Shown piece after piece: positions 18,742 to 28,837 of a stretch of 43,043 nucleotides of DNA. The stretch is from Chthonomonadales bacterium (GTDB taxonomy: Bacteria > Armatimonadota > Chthonomonadetes > Chthonomonadales > Chthonomonadaceae). The stretch's first letter is position 1, and each line of letters begins with the position of its first letter. Below the pieces are notes generated by a model. It had not been told where the DNA came from. It did not search any database and saw only the letters and a list, made by a program, of their open reading frames with translations. A program made the position numbers and the translations under genes. The DNA is taken from assembly GCA_038217285.1 (NCBI GenBank), contig JBBQPO010000016.1:1-43043 (forward strand). Reading direction: 5' to 3'.

Positions 18742-20081
18742 GAGAACAGACCTGGAATACCGGGGGAGTCCCGGACAATGCGGGCTTCGCGGAGGCGCGC
18801 GGAGACGTCCATGTTGAGCAGTTTGGCGACGGACATATAGGTGTCTTCCGGAGTGATCGGCAGTTCCGCCGGGTAGCGGGCCTGCGCGTCACTGGAACCG
18901 ATGACACGTCCGCCGGGGATACCGGCGCCCGTGATAAGATACGAATAGACGAAGGGCCAGTGGTCACGCCCGGCGGCTCCATTGACGGAGGTGCGGCCGA
19001 ACTCGCCGGTCACGAGCACCAGGGTCTTCTTGTTCATACCGCGCTGATAGACGTCGTCGATGAGAGCGGAGACGGTGCGGTCCAGTTCCGGTAGTTGGCG
19101 TTTGCAGCGATTGAAGTTGTCGCCGTGGTTGTCAAAGCCCATCTTATCGACATCGTCGTTGATCGGATGCGCCCGCCAGTTGACCTGAACGAAGCGCACA
19201 CCCGATTCGATCAGCCGCCGCGCCATCAGACAGCCCTGTCCGAACTGCGTCATGCCGTAGCGCTCGCGGACCGCCGTGGGCTCCTTGGTCAGGTCGAACG
19301 CCTTCTTGGCCTCGGGAGAAGTGACCAGGGTGAACGCCTTTTCGTAGGAGGCGTCGTGAATCCGGGTGTCGCCGCTCTCGATCTGCCGCTGGAACGCGTC
19401 TACCTTCTTGTAGAGTTCACGGCGCAGATTGAGGCGATCGCCGGTCATGCCGGGCGGCGGCGTGAGGGCCGCCAGTTTGTCCACCGGCTGCATCGCATCC
19501 AGTACGCGAAAGGGCGAGGAGGCGTTGCCGAGGAAGCCGCCGTCCTGACCAAGGGGACCGTTTCCGGCCGTATCGTACATGCGCGGTCCGATGTGCAGGG
19601 CCGACGGCAGCGCATTGCGCTGCGGCATGAACTTATTGATGACGGCACCCATATTCGGAGCTTCCCGGCCGGGCGCGACCTTGTTGCCGGTCAGGGTGTA
19701 GTGGGCCGCCTGCGCGTGAACCGTCTGATCGTGTGTGGCGGAGCGAATGATCGTGTACTTGTCGGCCATCCGCGCCAGCATAGGCAGGTGCTCGCAGATG
19801 TGGGTGCCGGGAATGTTGGTCGGTATCGGCTTGAAGATGCCCCGGATCGCCTCGGGAGCATCAGGCTTCATATCAAAGGTGTCCTGGTGCGGCGCTCCTC
19901 CCCACAGAAACACGATAATGATGGACATCCCGTCGTCCACGCTGGCCTGCGCCAGACTGCTCTGGGCGGCAAACATCCCCGGCAGGGTCAGCCCTAAAAA
20001 GCCCGCAGAGCCGATCTGCAGGAACTCGCGGCGGGACCGCCCGTCGCACGTCTCTACGGTCTCATGTCCGAATTCGATCAT
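18738..20081 (-). CDS. DUF1501 family protein (Tat-exported)
   Basis: SRREFLQIG Tat motif, FLWGGAPHQDTFDMKP, ERYG...FGQGCLMARRLIESGVRFV, GEFGRT and GRDHW. Alternative start at 20096. Confidence 0.92.
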   Translation of the reverse strand: MIEFGHETVETCDGRSRREFLQIGSAGFLGLTLPGMFAAQSSLAQASVDDGMSIIIVFLWGGAPHQDTFDMKPDAPEAIRGIFKPIPTNIPGTHICEHLPMLARMADKYTIIRSATHDQTVHAQAAHYTLTGNKVAPGREAPNMGAVINKFMPQRNALPSALHIGPRMYDTAGNGPLGQDGGFLGNASSPFRVLDAMQPVDKLAALTPPPGMTGDRLNLRRELYKKVDAFQRQIESGDTRIHDASYEKAFTLVTSPEAKKAFDLTKEPTAVRERYGMTQFGQGCLMARRLIESGVRFVQVNWRAHPINDDVDKMGFDNHGDNFNRCKRQLPELDRTVSALIDDVYQRGMNKKTLVLVTGEFGRTSVNGAAGRDHWPFVYSYLITGAGIPGGRVIGSSDAQARYPAELPITPEDTYMSVAKLLNMDVSARLREARIVRDSPGIPGLFS

Positions 20082-20111
20082 TGCTTCTTCCCTCATCCTT
20101 CACAAGGCGCG

Positions 20112-22391
20112 TCAGTGGTTGAAAAGGAACTCTTTGCTGTTGACCAGAACCCACAGCATATCCTCGAAGGCGCGGCGGCGGGCGGCGTTCAGTGTACTCG
20201 CCGGGTTCGGTGTCGGCGTGTTGGGCACGGCTTTGGGCGTGATAGCGACAGGGGCCGCTGCAACAGCCCGGTGCAACGCATTCAGGTTCGACGCTTGTTC
20301 GTCGGGACGCGGTGCGCGGCTACAGGTGGCCCAGTAGAGCGCGTCCAGAATCTCCGTATCGGACTTGCCAGCTGTCACCAGACGGTCTACAATGCCGTTG
20401 TCGGCGGTCACCTTGCGGTTGAGAACGTCTCCATTGATGAACAGCAGTGCCTGCGCCATATTCGGCTCCTGGCTGCGCTCGCATTCGCAGGTAATGACGC
20501 GCGCCGGTCGCCCGAGGATGTCCATGAAGTCGGACTTGACATGCGTGTCCGGCAACTGCGACGCCCTATAGCCCGCCGGCATACCGGGGAACTCCTCCGG
20601 CTTGCCGGTCACCTGGCTCAGAGCATCCAGCAGTTGTTCGGCGGTCATACGGCGCACCAGGAAGTGGCTCGAATACTTGTCGTCTTTCGCATTCTGGGGC
20701 GTTGCAGCCGAGGAGAGCTGATAGGCGCGTGAGGTGACGATCCGGCGCATCAGATACCGCAGATCGTACTTATGCTGCACGAAGTCGGCGGCAAGGGCGT
20801 CGAACAACTCCGGGTTGGAAGGCGGATTGGTTTCGCGCATATCGTCAACAGGCTCAACGAGGCCACGCCCCATAAAGTGAGCCCAGACCCTATTGACGAT
20901 AGAGTGGGTGAAGTACCAGTTGTCCGGTCGCGTCAGCCACTCCGCGAAGAAGACGCGACGGTCGCGCGGCGAGTTGAGAGCGAGCGTCGGGCCCCCCAGC
21001 GGCTTCGGCGGCACCGGTCGGCCCAGGCGCGGCTGAATCAGGTCGCCGACCGAGACATTGTAGACGGTCATCTCGTCGTTGACATAGATCCCAAGGTTGG
21101 CCTTGTACTTGACCCGCGCGAAGATCTGCGCCATACCGTAGTACTCGTTCTGGGTCCATTTCTCCAGAGGATGGTTGTGGCACTTGGCGCACTGCATCCG
21201 AATGCCGAGAAAACCCTGACTGACGTTCTCGGCCAACTCTTCGGGCTTAAGCGCCGTCCGGAAATAGTTGGCTGGGCCATCGAGGAAGGTGTTACCGTGC
21301 GCGGTCAGCACTTCGCGGGCCATGGTATCCCAGCCCTTGTTGTCGCGGACGGCATCGTGGATATAGCTGTAGTAGGCCCACATCCCCTTATCCTTGAGGG
21401 TTCCCCGATTGACCCGCAGCAGATCGCTCCACTTGTACGCCCAGAAATCCGTAAATTCCGGTCGCGCCATCAAGGCGTCGACCAGTTTGGCGCGTTTCTG
21501 CGCATCTCTGTCGGCGGCGAAGGCGCGCGCTTCGGCAGGATTCGGCAGAGCGCCGGTAAGGTCCAGCGTGACACGTCGAATGTACTCCAGGTCGCCCGCC
21601 GTGCGGCTTGGGGCAAGGTGAAGGGCAGCGAGTTTCGCATAGACCCGGTCATCGATATAGTTGGCACGCGGAAGCTTCGCATAGAGGGCAGGATCGATCT
21701 TGTTGGGGAACGGCACCTGGACCCGCGCAACGGCGACTTTGTCCTGGTACCCCATCATGATCGCGGTCTGCCCTACCCCGTCGATCGTCACCAGACCGTT
21801 CGGAACGACCGTCGCCACGTTTTCGTCGTTGGAGGCGAAACGGGTCCAGTGCGTCACGTCGCGAAAGGAACCATCCGAGAAGACGGCCTGAACATGCAGT
21901 TGCAGTCGATCTTTCGGTGTGAGGGACCGCGACGACGGATTCACGCGGAGCGCCGTGACGTGCGGATCGCGAACGTCCGGCCCCGGCGCTCCCTGGGCGA
22001 TCCAGCGTAAGAGAAGTTCGAACTCCGGGGTGCCGCGCCGCAGCGCCTTACCGCCAAGATGAGGCATCTCCATCAGGGGCTTGCGCAGTACGAGGCTCTG
22101 CTCGGGCTTCAAAACGTTGATACGTCGTCCCTGAAACTGCCTTGTCAGCGCCACAAAATCAAGCTCAGGCGCGAACCCCCGGAGCGAGAGTTTGAAGCCA
22201 TTTTTGCCTGCCGCTGCGCCATGACACGTGCCCATATTGCAGCCAGCCCGAGTCAACACCGGTATAACGTCGTTGACGAAACTGACCGGCGTACCGATCA
22301 TTGGTTTCACCGCTTCCGCAGCGGACCCGCGCAACGCCAAAAGCACCAACGCCAGCAGCGCGACGGCGATTCTCCCCAGGGGTTTGCTCAA
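20112..22391 (-). CDS. DUF1549/DUF1553 (PSD1-type) protein with Ig-like (BIG2) domain
   Basis: GGGAGGAG RBS before TTG 22391. SFVNDVIPVLTRAGCNMGTCHG, IRRVTLDLTG, MQCAKCHNHP, VNRVWAHFMGRGLVEPVDD, CECER and C-terminal NSKEFLFNH. Confidence 0.92.
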   Translation of the reverse strand: MSKPLGRIAVALLALVLLALRGSAAEAVKPMIGTPVSFVNDVIPVLTRAGCNMGTCHGAAAGKNGFKLSLRGFAPELDFVALTRQFQGRRINVLKPEQSLVLRKPLMEMPHLGGKALRRGTPEFELLLRWIAQGAPGPDVRDPHVTALRVNPSSRSLTPKDRLQLHVQAVFSDGSFRDVTHWTRFASNDENVATVVPNGLVTIDGVGQTAIMMGYQDKVAVARVQVPFPNKIDPALYAKLPRANYIDDRVYAKLAALHLAPSRTAGDLEYIRRVTLDLTGALPNPAEARAFAADRDAQKRAKLVDALMARPEFTDFWAYKWSDLLRVNRGTLKDKGMWAYYSYIHDAVRDNKGWDTMAREVLTAHGNTFLDGPANYFRTALKPEELAENVSQGFLGIRMQCAKCHNHPLEKWTQNEYYGMAQIFARVKYKANLGIYVNDEMTVYNVSVGDLIQPRLGRPVPPKPLGGPTLALNSPRDRRVFFAEWLTRPDNWYFTHSIVNRVWAHFMGRGLVEPVDDMRETNPPSNPELFDALAADFVQHKYDLRYLMRRIVTSRAYQLSSAATPQNAKDDKYSSHFLVRRMTAEQLLDALSQVTGKPEEFPGMPAGYRASQLPDTHVKSDFMDILGRPARVITCECERSQEPNMAQALLFINGDVLNRKVTADNGIVDRLVTAGKSDTEILDALYWATCSRAPRPDEQASNLNALHRAVAAAPVAITPKAVPNTPTPNPASTLNAARRRAFEDMLWVLVNSKEFLFNH

Positions 22392-22509
22392 CAGGCAGTC
22401 TCCTCCCAAACGTTCTAACTCGGTTAGACAGAGATTGCAATCGTTTGTGGCAACGATCCCATACCATTTGCCAGGAATCGTTGCATTGTTTACGTCGGTT
22501 CCTGCACCC

Positions 22510-23256
22510 TTAGAGCGGTGCGACCCAGACATTGCGAAACTGAACCACATCGTGATCCCCTTGCAGGATGATTGGCCCGGTCTTCACCGCCTCTTTGTAC
22601 TCGCCGTACTGGATGCCGGTCATGCCGTTAAAGTCATTGTTGTTCTGGACGAGAATTCCGTTCTGAAACACGGTGACACGGGGCTGCTCCGTCACCTTCC
22701 CATCCGCTCCAAAGCGGGGGGCGCGGAAGACGATGTCGTAGGTCTGCCATTCGCCGGCCTTCTTTGAAGCGATCACGAGGGGCGGTTTCTGGCTGTAGAG
22801 CGCGCCGCACTCATGCGCCTCTGGCTTCTTGCCATACGAGTCGAGTATCTGAATTTCGTAGCGGCCCTGCAGTCCGACACCGCTGTTACCATGCCCGATC
22901 ACTTTGCCGCCCGCATCTACCGCGATGCGAAAGTCGGTGTGTACGAGGCAGTCGCCGAACTCCTGTTTGCTGGTGATGTCCGTTTTGTTCGGCGTGGCCA
23001 CGCCGTCTGCATCGACCGTCCATCCACCGGGGTCTTTAGAGTAACGTTTGTAAAAGCCGGACGTAATCTGATCAGGTTTGCCCGTAAAGAGCAGAACGGC
23101 CCCCTTCGGCGGCTGCGTGGACAGACTCACTTTGGCGGGTATCAATACCGCTTCCTCCGACTGCTGACGCGCGTATAGACGCGAGGCGCCAAAGCCGAGA
23201 AGGGCGGCACACGACAGTGCGATCACGGTACGTTGCGCAACATATTGACGATTCAT
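22510..23256 (-). CDS. DUF1080 (3-keto-disaccharide hydrolase family) secreted protein
   Basis: GNSGVGLQGRYEIQILDS, GEWQTYDIVFRAPRF and GPIILQGDHDVVQFRNVWV; AAGGAG RBS. Confidence 0.9.
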   Translation of the reverse strand: MNRQYVAQRTVIALSCAALLGFGASRLYARQQSEEAVLIPAKVSLSTQPPKGAVLLFTGKPDQITSGFYKRYSKDPGGWTVDADGVATPNKTDITSKQEFGDCLVHTDFRIAVDAGGKVIGHGNSGVGLQGRYEIQILDSYGKKPEAHECGALYSQKPPLVIASKKAGEWQTYDIVFRAPRFGADGKVTEQPRVTVFQNGILVQNNNDFNGMTGIQYGEYKEAVKTGPIILQGDHDVVQFRNVWVAPL

Positions 23257-23445
23257 TTCGTTTCTCCTTCGCGCCTTGTAGCCCTTTGGTCCGCAAGGCG
23301 TTTGTCGTCGTCTAAATAGTTGACGGCGCTATAGTCACGTCACATTCGTCAGGGGCGCGCCGATTTCCTGTCACTTTTCGTGACGGCACTATTCGGTTAT
23401 TGGCTAAACGGGACAACACGGGCGAAAAAAGCAGGCGACCAGGCT

Positions 23446-23474
23446 TTGAATTTCCGGCACTAATCCGGTAGAAT
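23446..23474 (+). promoter_or_regulatory. Putative sigma70 promoter of the histidine kinase gene
   Basis: TTGAAT (23446-23451), 17-nt spacer, TAGAAT (23469-23474). Confidence 0.55.
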
Positions 23475-23523
23475 GTCAGGACATATTCTCCCACTCTACC
23501 GCGAAGGAGTCGTTAAGAAGGCC

Positions 23524-25212
23524 ATGATGCCAGACAACCCCCCTATCGGTGCAGAATCAGCGGATCTCGGATGGAACCCTGCTCCGCTGCCATGCCCCAA
23601 GCCGATTCAACCTCCCGAGGCGTCAGATCCACTCTGGCAGCAGATGCTCGACAGTGTGCCACAGGGCATCGCGGTGCTCGACGCCGAGACGGGAGACACG
23701 CTGTGGGTGAATGCGGCGCTCAGTAATCTGCTCTATGGCACCGCCGGGGTCGTCTCACCCATAGGCCTGCAGCCCTTCCAGTATCTGCCGTCCCTGGACA
23801 TGGCCGAGTGGAATAGCAGTCTCCTCTCTCTGCAAAGCAGCCAACCTTCCGAAGATCCGAGTTTTCCGGCTCGCCTTCAGTTCGTCGATCATGCCACCCG
23901 CAATATTACCTATTGGGAATGGCGCTTGCAGGCCCCCGACAGTCTGCCTCCGCTGCGGCATCTGCTCCTGCTCGTCAACGAGGTCAGTGAGGCCGTGATG
24001 ACCGAGCGCCTGTTGACGAGCGCGGGCCGCACCGCCCATAATGCGCGGCAGCGCGCGGAAGACACCCTCGTTCAGCTGCGAGCCACACAAACCCAAATGG
24101 TTCAGGTTGAAAAGTTGCGGGCTATCGGCGAGCTCGCCAGTGGGATCGCCCACGATTTCAACAATGCCCTCCAGGCCATACTCGGCTATGCCGAACTCGC
24201 TCAGGACAACCTGGACGATATGCCTGCGGTGGAACAGCACCTCGGTATCATCGTCAAAGCCGCGGAAGATGCGACCAGCACGGTGCGCCGCCTGCAGCGG
24301 TTTGCGCGCCAGAAAGCCGTCACAGAGGGCGAGCCCACTGATATCAATCGCCTGGTGGAGGATGTCGTCGAACTGACGCGGCCCAAATGGTGGGACGCGG
24401 CCCACCGTCAGGGCTGCACCTACGAGGTGCGGACGGAGCTCCAACCGCTGCCGGTACTCTACGCGGAGCCGAGCAGTCTAAAGGAAGTCCTCATCAATCT
24501 GACCTACAACGCCCTCAATGCGATGCCGGACGGCGGAACCCTGGTATTCTCCACGCGTCCGGACGGCCCGGACTGGGTCGAGTTGGTCGTCTCCGACACC
24601 GGGATCGGCATGACGCCCGAAGTGCAGTTGCGTATTTTCGATCCTTTCTTTACCACCAAAGGGGTCGAGGGCACCGGCCTCGGGCTGTCCGTCTCGTGGA
24701 CCATCATTCAGCGGCATGGCGGAACGATTGCCGTGGAGAGTGCGCCTGGTCAGGGAACCCTTTTCCGCGTAAGAATGCCTGTACAGGACATGAACGCCTT
24801 TCGTTCGGCGGAACCCATCGCCGTGCCGCTGCCTGCATCGCCCGGCGCCAGCCTTCTGATTGTCGACGACGAGCCGTTTATCTCCAGCCTGATCGCCTCT
24901 CTGCTGCACCGGGAGGGCTATCATGTCACCGTCGTCAACAGTGCCGCCGATGCGCTGATTCGGCTAGACGGCCCAGAGACCTATCGCCTTCTTCTCACGG
25001 ATCACGGAATGCCGGGAATGAACGGGCTTCAGCTTCTGGCGGCCGTGCGGCAGCGCCATCCTGACCTTCCTGTGCTGCTGCTGACTGGTTGGGGAGATAC
25101 CCTGTTGCAGACAAACGACGTCCCGCATCCGCCCGACGCGATTTTGAGCAAACCCATCAATCGCCACGACCTGCTTCTCACCGTAAATCGCCTGCTCAAT
25201 ATCGACGATTAA
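23524..25212 (+). CDS. Cytoplasmic hybrid sensor histidine kinase/response regulator (PAS-like, HisKA, HATPase, REC)
   Basis: H-box ASGIAHDFNN, N-box EVLINLTYNA, DTGIGM, FDPFFTTK, GTGLGL; receiver IVDDE...LTDHGMPGMNG...KP. Start placed downstream of the predicted promoter. Confidence 0.93.
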   Translation: MMPDNPPIGAESADLGWNPAPLPCPKPIQPPEASDPLWQQMLDSVPQGIAVLDAETGDTLWVNAALSNLLYGTAGVVSPIGLQPFQYLPSLDMAEWNSSLLSLQSSQPSEDPSFPARLQFVDHATRNITYWEWRLQAPDSLPPLRHLLLLVNEVSEAVMTERLLTSAGRTAHNARQRAEDTLVQLRATQTQMVQVEKLRAIGELASGIAHDFNNALQAILGYAELAQDNLDDMPAVEQHLGIIVKAAEDATSTVRRLQRFARQKAVTEGEPTDINRLVEDVVELTRPKWWDAAHRQGCTYEVRTELQPLPVLYAEPSSLKEVLINLTYNALNAMPDGGTLVFSTRPDGPDWVELVVSDTGIGMTPEVQLRIFDPFFTTKGVEGTGLGLSVSWTIIQRHGGTIAVESAPGQGTLFRVRMPVQDMNAFRSAEPIAVPLPASPGASLLIVDDEPFISSLIASLLHREGYHVTVVNSAADALIRLDGPETYRLLLTDHGMPGMNGLQLLAAVRQRHPDLPVLLLTGWGDTLLQTNDVPHPPDAILSKPINRHDLLLTVNRLLNIDD

Positions 25213-25235
25213 GCCGAGATCAGCGGAGTGACGCC

Positions 25236-25460
25236 TTGTCTTTTATATGGCAAATGAGGTACACTAGCCCGGTTTGCGTGTCGTTTTCGGCACAACACGG
25301 CGGTAAATCGTAAACTACGCCGCCGTGAACCTCGCACTGACGCCTGTCCCGGCGAACGGGTCCGGAGAGTCCGCTCTTCGTGCCGCCGACACCGACACGT
25401 CAGGAGGAACACATCCGCTGCGCAAAGCGCACGATGTGTCGCAACCCGGAGGAAAAACTA
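25236..25460 (+). promoter_or_regulatory. rpsB promoter and structured S2 autoregulatory leader (t44-like)
   Basis: TTGTCT-18 nt-TACACT. CCGGTTTGCG (25269-25278) pairs with CGCAACCCGG (25440-25449) next to the GGAGG SD. Internal hairpin CACGGCGG (25296-25303)/CCGCCGTG (25320-25327). Confidence 0.65.
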
Positions 25461-26354
25461 TTGGCATCGCTTTCCATGAAAGAACTCCTCGAAGCGGGAG
25501 TCCATTTCGGCCACCAGACGCGTCGCTGGAACCCGAAAATGAAACGTTATATCTACGGCGCACGCAACGGGATCTACATCATCGATCTGCATCAGACCCT
25601 GAAGCTGTTCGACGAGGCCCAGAAGTTCGTGCAGGAAGTAGTGGCGGGCGGCGGCAAAGTGCTGTTCGTAGGCACCAAAAAGCAGGCGCAGGATGCGATT
25701 CAGGAGTCGGCGGTTCGCTGCCGCCAGTACTACATCAATCAGCGCTGGCTCGGAGGGATGCTGACCAACTTCCGCACCATTCGCGACCGTGTGAAGCGTC
25801 TGGCGGAACTCAATGAGATGGACGCCAATGGCACCCTCGCCCGCCTCACCAAAAAAGAGGCCGCGATCATCAACGAAGAGCGCGACAAACTGGAGCGGTA
25901 CCTCGGCGGCATCAAGACCATGCCGACTCTGCCCGACTGTCTGGTCGTCATCGACCTCAAGAAGGAGCATCTGGCGATAGCCGAAGCCCGTCGCCTCGAG
26001 ATCCCGATCGTCGCGCTCGTAGACACAAACTGCGACCCGGACGAAGTGGACTACGTGATCCCCGGCAACGACGACGCCATTCGCGCCATCAAGCTGATCA
26101 CGGGCAAGATCGCGGACGCTATCTCCGAGATCAAGCAGTCCGAATGGGATGCCGAAGAAGAGGCGCGGATCGCAGCCCTTCCGCCGGAAGAGCGTGAGGC
26201 GCTGGACAAACCGGATGCCGACGCCATCCTGACCCCGGAGACGACCCTGACGGTACCGGGCGGCGACTTTGTCTTCCAGCCCGGCGTCGAGGACGAATAC
26301 TCCCGCATGGGAGCCGAAGAAGAGCTGGTTCCCCTCGCCCCCGTCGAAGGCTAG
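25461..26354 (+). CDS. rpsB: 30S ribosomal protein S2
   Basis: TTG start after [36 protein letters not shown] and DTNCDPD...PGNDDAIR; acidic C-terminal tail. Confidence 0.98.
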   Translation: MASLSMKELLEAGVHFGHQTRRWNPKMKRYIYGARNGIYIIDLHQTLKLFDEAQKFVQEVVAGGGKVLFVGTKKQAQDAIQESAVRCRQYYINQRWLGGMLTNFRTIRDRVKRLAELNEMDANGTLARLTKKEAAIINEERDKLERYLGGIKTMPTLPDCLVVIDLKKEHLAIAEARRLEIPIVALVDTNCDPDEVDYVIPGNDDAIRAIKLITGKIADAISEIKQSEWDAEEEARIAALPPEEREALDKPDADAILTPETTLTVPGGDFVFQPGVEDEYSRMGAEEELVPLAPVEG

Positions 26355-26364
26355 AATCCCACAG

Positions 26365-26412
26365 GCCCCCGTCTTGCTTCCTAATCCAGGGAGGAAGGCG
26401 GGGGCGTCTTTC
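26365..26412 (+). terminator. rpsB-tsf intergenic hairpin (attenuator/terminator-like)
   Basis: GCCCCCGTCTT (26365-26375) pairs with AAGGCGGGGGC (26395-26405), followed by GTCTTTC. Confidence 0.6.
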
Positions 26413-26491
26413 AGGCAGTGCAACTTTGGCCGTAAGCGAGTTGTCACTGGTTACGCACGGTGCAAATTTTCGGAATGAGGTAGAGAAGAGA

Positions 26492-27406
26492 ATGGCAGAG
26501 ATAACCGCCAAGATGGTCATGCAGTTGCGGGAGCGCACCGGCGCAGCGATGATGCTGTGCAAAGAGGCGCTGAAGGAGTCTGACGCCGACTTCGACAAGG
26601 CGTTCGCGTACATCCGCGTCAAGATGGGCAACAAGGCGCAGGATCGCGGCGAGCGCGTCGCCGGTGAGGGCGTCATCGCGGTGGTGGTTCTGGACAAACA
26701 GGACGCGGCGATTGTCGAACTCAACTCCGAAACCGACTTCGTCGCCCGCAGCGAAGACTTCAAGTCGCTGGCCCGCGAACTCGCCGAGCAGGTTGCGAAG
26801 ACGAAGGGACATAGCGTCGAGACGGTTCTGACGCAGGAGTCCGTGGCGCAGCCCGGTACGACCGTCGGTGACCGCATCAACACGGTGTTCACCAAGCTGC
26901 GTGAGAGCATCGTCTTCAAGCGGTTCGAGTTTATCTCTACCGGACCGAACGGCGCCCTGGCTGGCTACGTCCACGTTCCGGCCAACGATAAGATCGGGGT
27001 TCTGGTCGAGCTGGAAACGGCGTCGCCGGAGGCCGCGCAGAGCGAAGCGGTGCAGACGCTCGGACGTGAAGTCGCGATGCAGATCGCCGCTACCAGTCCA
27101 CGCTACCTGAATCGCGAAGAGGTGCCTGCGTCTGTTGTGGAGAGCGAGCAGAATATCGCCCGCGAAACCGCGCAGAACGAAGGCAAGCCGGAAGCGGCGC
27201 TGCCTAAGATCATCGAGGGACGCGTCCGCAAGTTCTATGAGGAGAATGCGCTCGTTGACCAGGCGTGGCTGCGCGAACCCAAGAAGTCCGTGGCGCAGGT
27301 TCTGAAAGAGAACGGCGTGTCGATCAAGCGTTATGTACGCTTTGCGGTCGGTGAGAACATCACCGGCGTCTCCTCCTCGGGCTCGATCAAGGAGACCGCC
27401 GAATAA
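26492..27406 (+). CDS. tsf: Translation elongation factor Ts
   Basis: [40 protein letters not shown] and GKPE...KIIEGR; follows rpsB. Confidence 0.97.
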   Translation: MAEITAKMVMQLRERTGAAMMLCKEALKESDADFDKAFAYIRVKMGNKAQDRGERVAGEGVIAVVVLDKQDAAIVELNSETDFVARSEDFKSLARELAEQVAKTKGHSVETVLTQESVAQPGTTVGDRINTVFTKLRESIVFKRFEFISTGPNGALAGYVHVPANDKIGVLVELETASPEAAQSEAVQTLGREVAMQIAATSPRYLNREEVPASVVESEQNIARETAQNEGKPEAALPKIIEGRVRKFYEENALVDQAWLREPKKSVAQVLKENGVSIKRYVRFAVGENITGVSSSGSIKETAE

Positions 27407-28233
27407 TGGAAGGCTCCGACCAGTCCCCGGCAGCAGGCGCGCCGGAAGCGGGAGCAGACGCTCCCGCTTCCGGTGGCCTCCGCTGGCGGCGCATCCTGCT
27501 CAAGCTCTCCGGCGAAGCCTTCGCCGCCGACTACGGGCCGACCGCCATCGCTGAGCGCGAAGCGACAAAAGAGCCTCGTGTCGGCCTGAACTACGCGACT
27601 ATCCGCTCCATCGCGGCCGAAGTCGTCGCCGCGCACCATGCGGGCGCCGAGATCGCCATCGTGATCGGCGCAGGCAATATCATCCGGGGCGAGCGTGCCG
27701 CCGAAGCAGGCATGGAACGTGCCGGAGCCGACTATATGGGCATGCTCGGCACGGTCATCAACAGCATGGCTCTGCAGGACGCGCTCGAAAAGCAGGGCGT
27801 CCCCACCCGTGTGATGAGCGCCATCGCGATGGCCGAAGTCGCGGAGCCGTTCATTCGCCGCCGTGCCATCCGTCACCTCGAAAAGGGCCGTGTCGTCGTA
27901 CTCGCCGGAGGCACCGGCAATCCGTTCTTCACGACGGATACGGCGGCCGCTCTCCGCGCCAATGAGATCCGCGCCGGGGCCGTCCTCAAGGCCACCAACG
28001 TCGATGGCGTCTACGACAAAGACCCCCGCAAGTTCTCCGACGCCAAGCGCCACACCCAGGTCTCTTACGACGACTGTATAAAGAACAACCTGCGCGTCAT
28101 GGATCAGACCGCCTTTACCTTCTGCCGCGAATACGACATCCCAATCGTCGTCTTCGACATCGCGCAGCAGGGCAACATCCGCCGTGTCGTCCAGGGCGAC
28201 AACATCGGAACGCTCGTCAGTCGCAGCGCATAG
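27406..28233 (+). CDS. pyrH: UMP kinase
   Basis: [30 protein letters not shown] and [22 protein letters not shown] coupling with tsf. Confidence 0.97.
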   Translation: MEGSDQSPAAGAPEAGADAPASGGLRWRRILLKLSGEAFAADYGPTAIAEREATKEPRVGLNYATIRSIAAEVVAAHHAGAEIAIVIGAGNIIRGERAAEAGMERAGADYMGMLGTVINSMALQDALEKQGVPTRVMSAIAMAEVAEPFIRRRAIRHLEKGRVVVLAGGTGNPFFTTDTAAALRANEIRAGAVLKATNVDGVYDKDPRKFSDAKRHTQVSYDDCIKNNLRVMDQTAFTFCREYDIPIVVFDIAQQGNIRRVVQGDNIGTLVSRSA

Positions 28234-28261
28234 AAACCATTCGCGTGTTTTGGAGGCTCCT

Positions 28262-28825
28262 ATGATACCGGAACTCTTGAAAGAGACCGAAGAGAAAATG
28301 AAGCGGTCGGTCGAGTCCGCCCGCCATGAGTTTACGCTGATCCGCACGGGGCGCGCCAGCCCCGCCATTTTGGAGCATGTCAAGGTCGAACTCTACGGGC
28401 AGATAATGAGCCTGCGAGATGTGGCCGCGATCAGTGTGCCTGAATCACGCCAACTGCTGCTGACGCCGTTCGACCGCAACGCCCTCGGCGCGATCGAAAA
28501 AGGCATCCTGAAGTCGGACGTCGGGATCACGCCGAACAACGACGGCACCGGGATCCGCCTCAACATTCCCCAGCTCAACGAACAGCGCCGCAAAGACCTT
28601 ATCAAACAGGTCCATCAGAAAGCCGAGACCGGGCGCGTCTCCGTTCGCTCGGTGCGGCAGGATGCCGTGAAGAAACTGACGAACCAGAAACGAGATAAAG
28701 AGAACCCTATCTCCGAAAATGAGGAGAAACGGGCGCTGGAACAGGTGCAGAAGCTTGTCGACAAGTATGTCGCCGATATCGAGCAGCTCACCAAGGCCAA
28801 AGAAGCCGATCTCCTGGAAGTCTGA
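28262..28825 (+). CDS. frr: Ribosome recycling factor
   Basis: GGAGG RBS; IRTGRASP, P..NDG..IRLNIPQLNEQRRKDL. Confidence 0.97.
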   Translation: MIPELLKETEEKMKRSVESARHEFTLIRTGRASPAILEHVKVELYGQIMSLRDVAAISVPESRQLLLTPFDRNALGAIEKGILKSDVGITPNNDGTGIRLNIPQLNEQRRKDLIKQVHQKAETGRVSVRSVRQDAVKKLTNQKRDKENPISENEEKRALEQVQKLVDKYVADIEQLTKAKEADLLEV

Positions 28826-28837
28826 GCGAGGCCAAGC

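Noticed and set aside
22392-22550. N-terminal extensions in the ORF track (DUF1549 gene; also rpsB, tsf, frr, PyrD-like and S9 peptidase)
   Set aside because: Downstream starts have clear SD sequences or promoter context and match family N-termini; the extensions overlap neighbouring genes or leaders.
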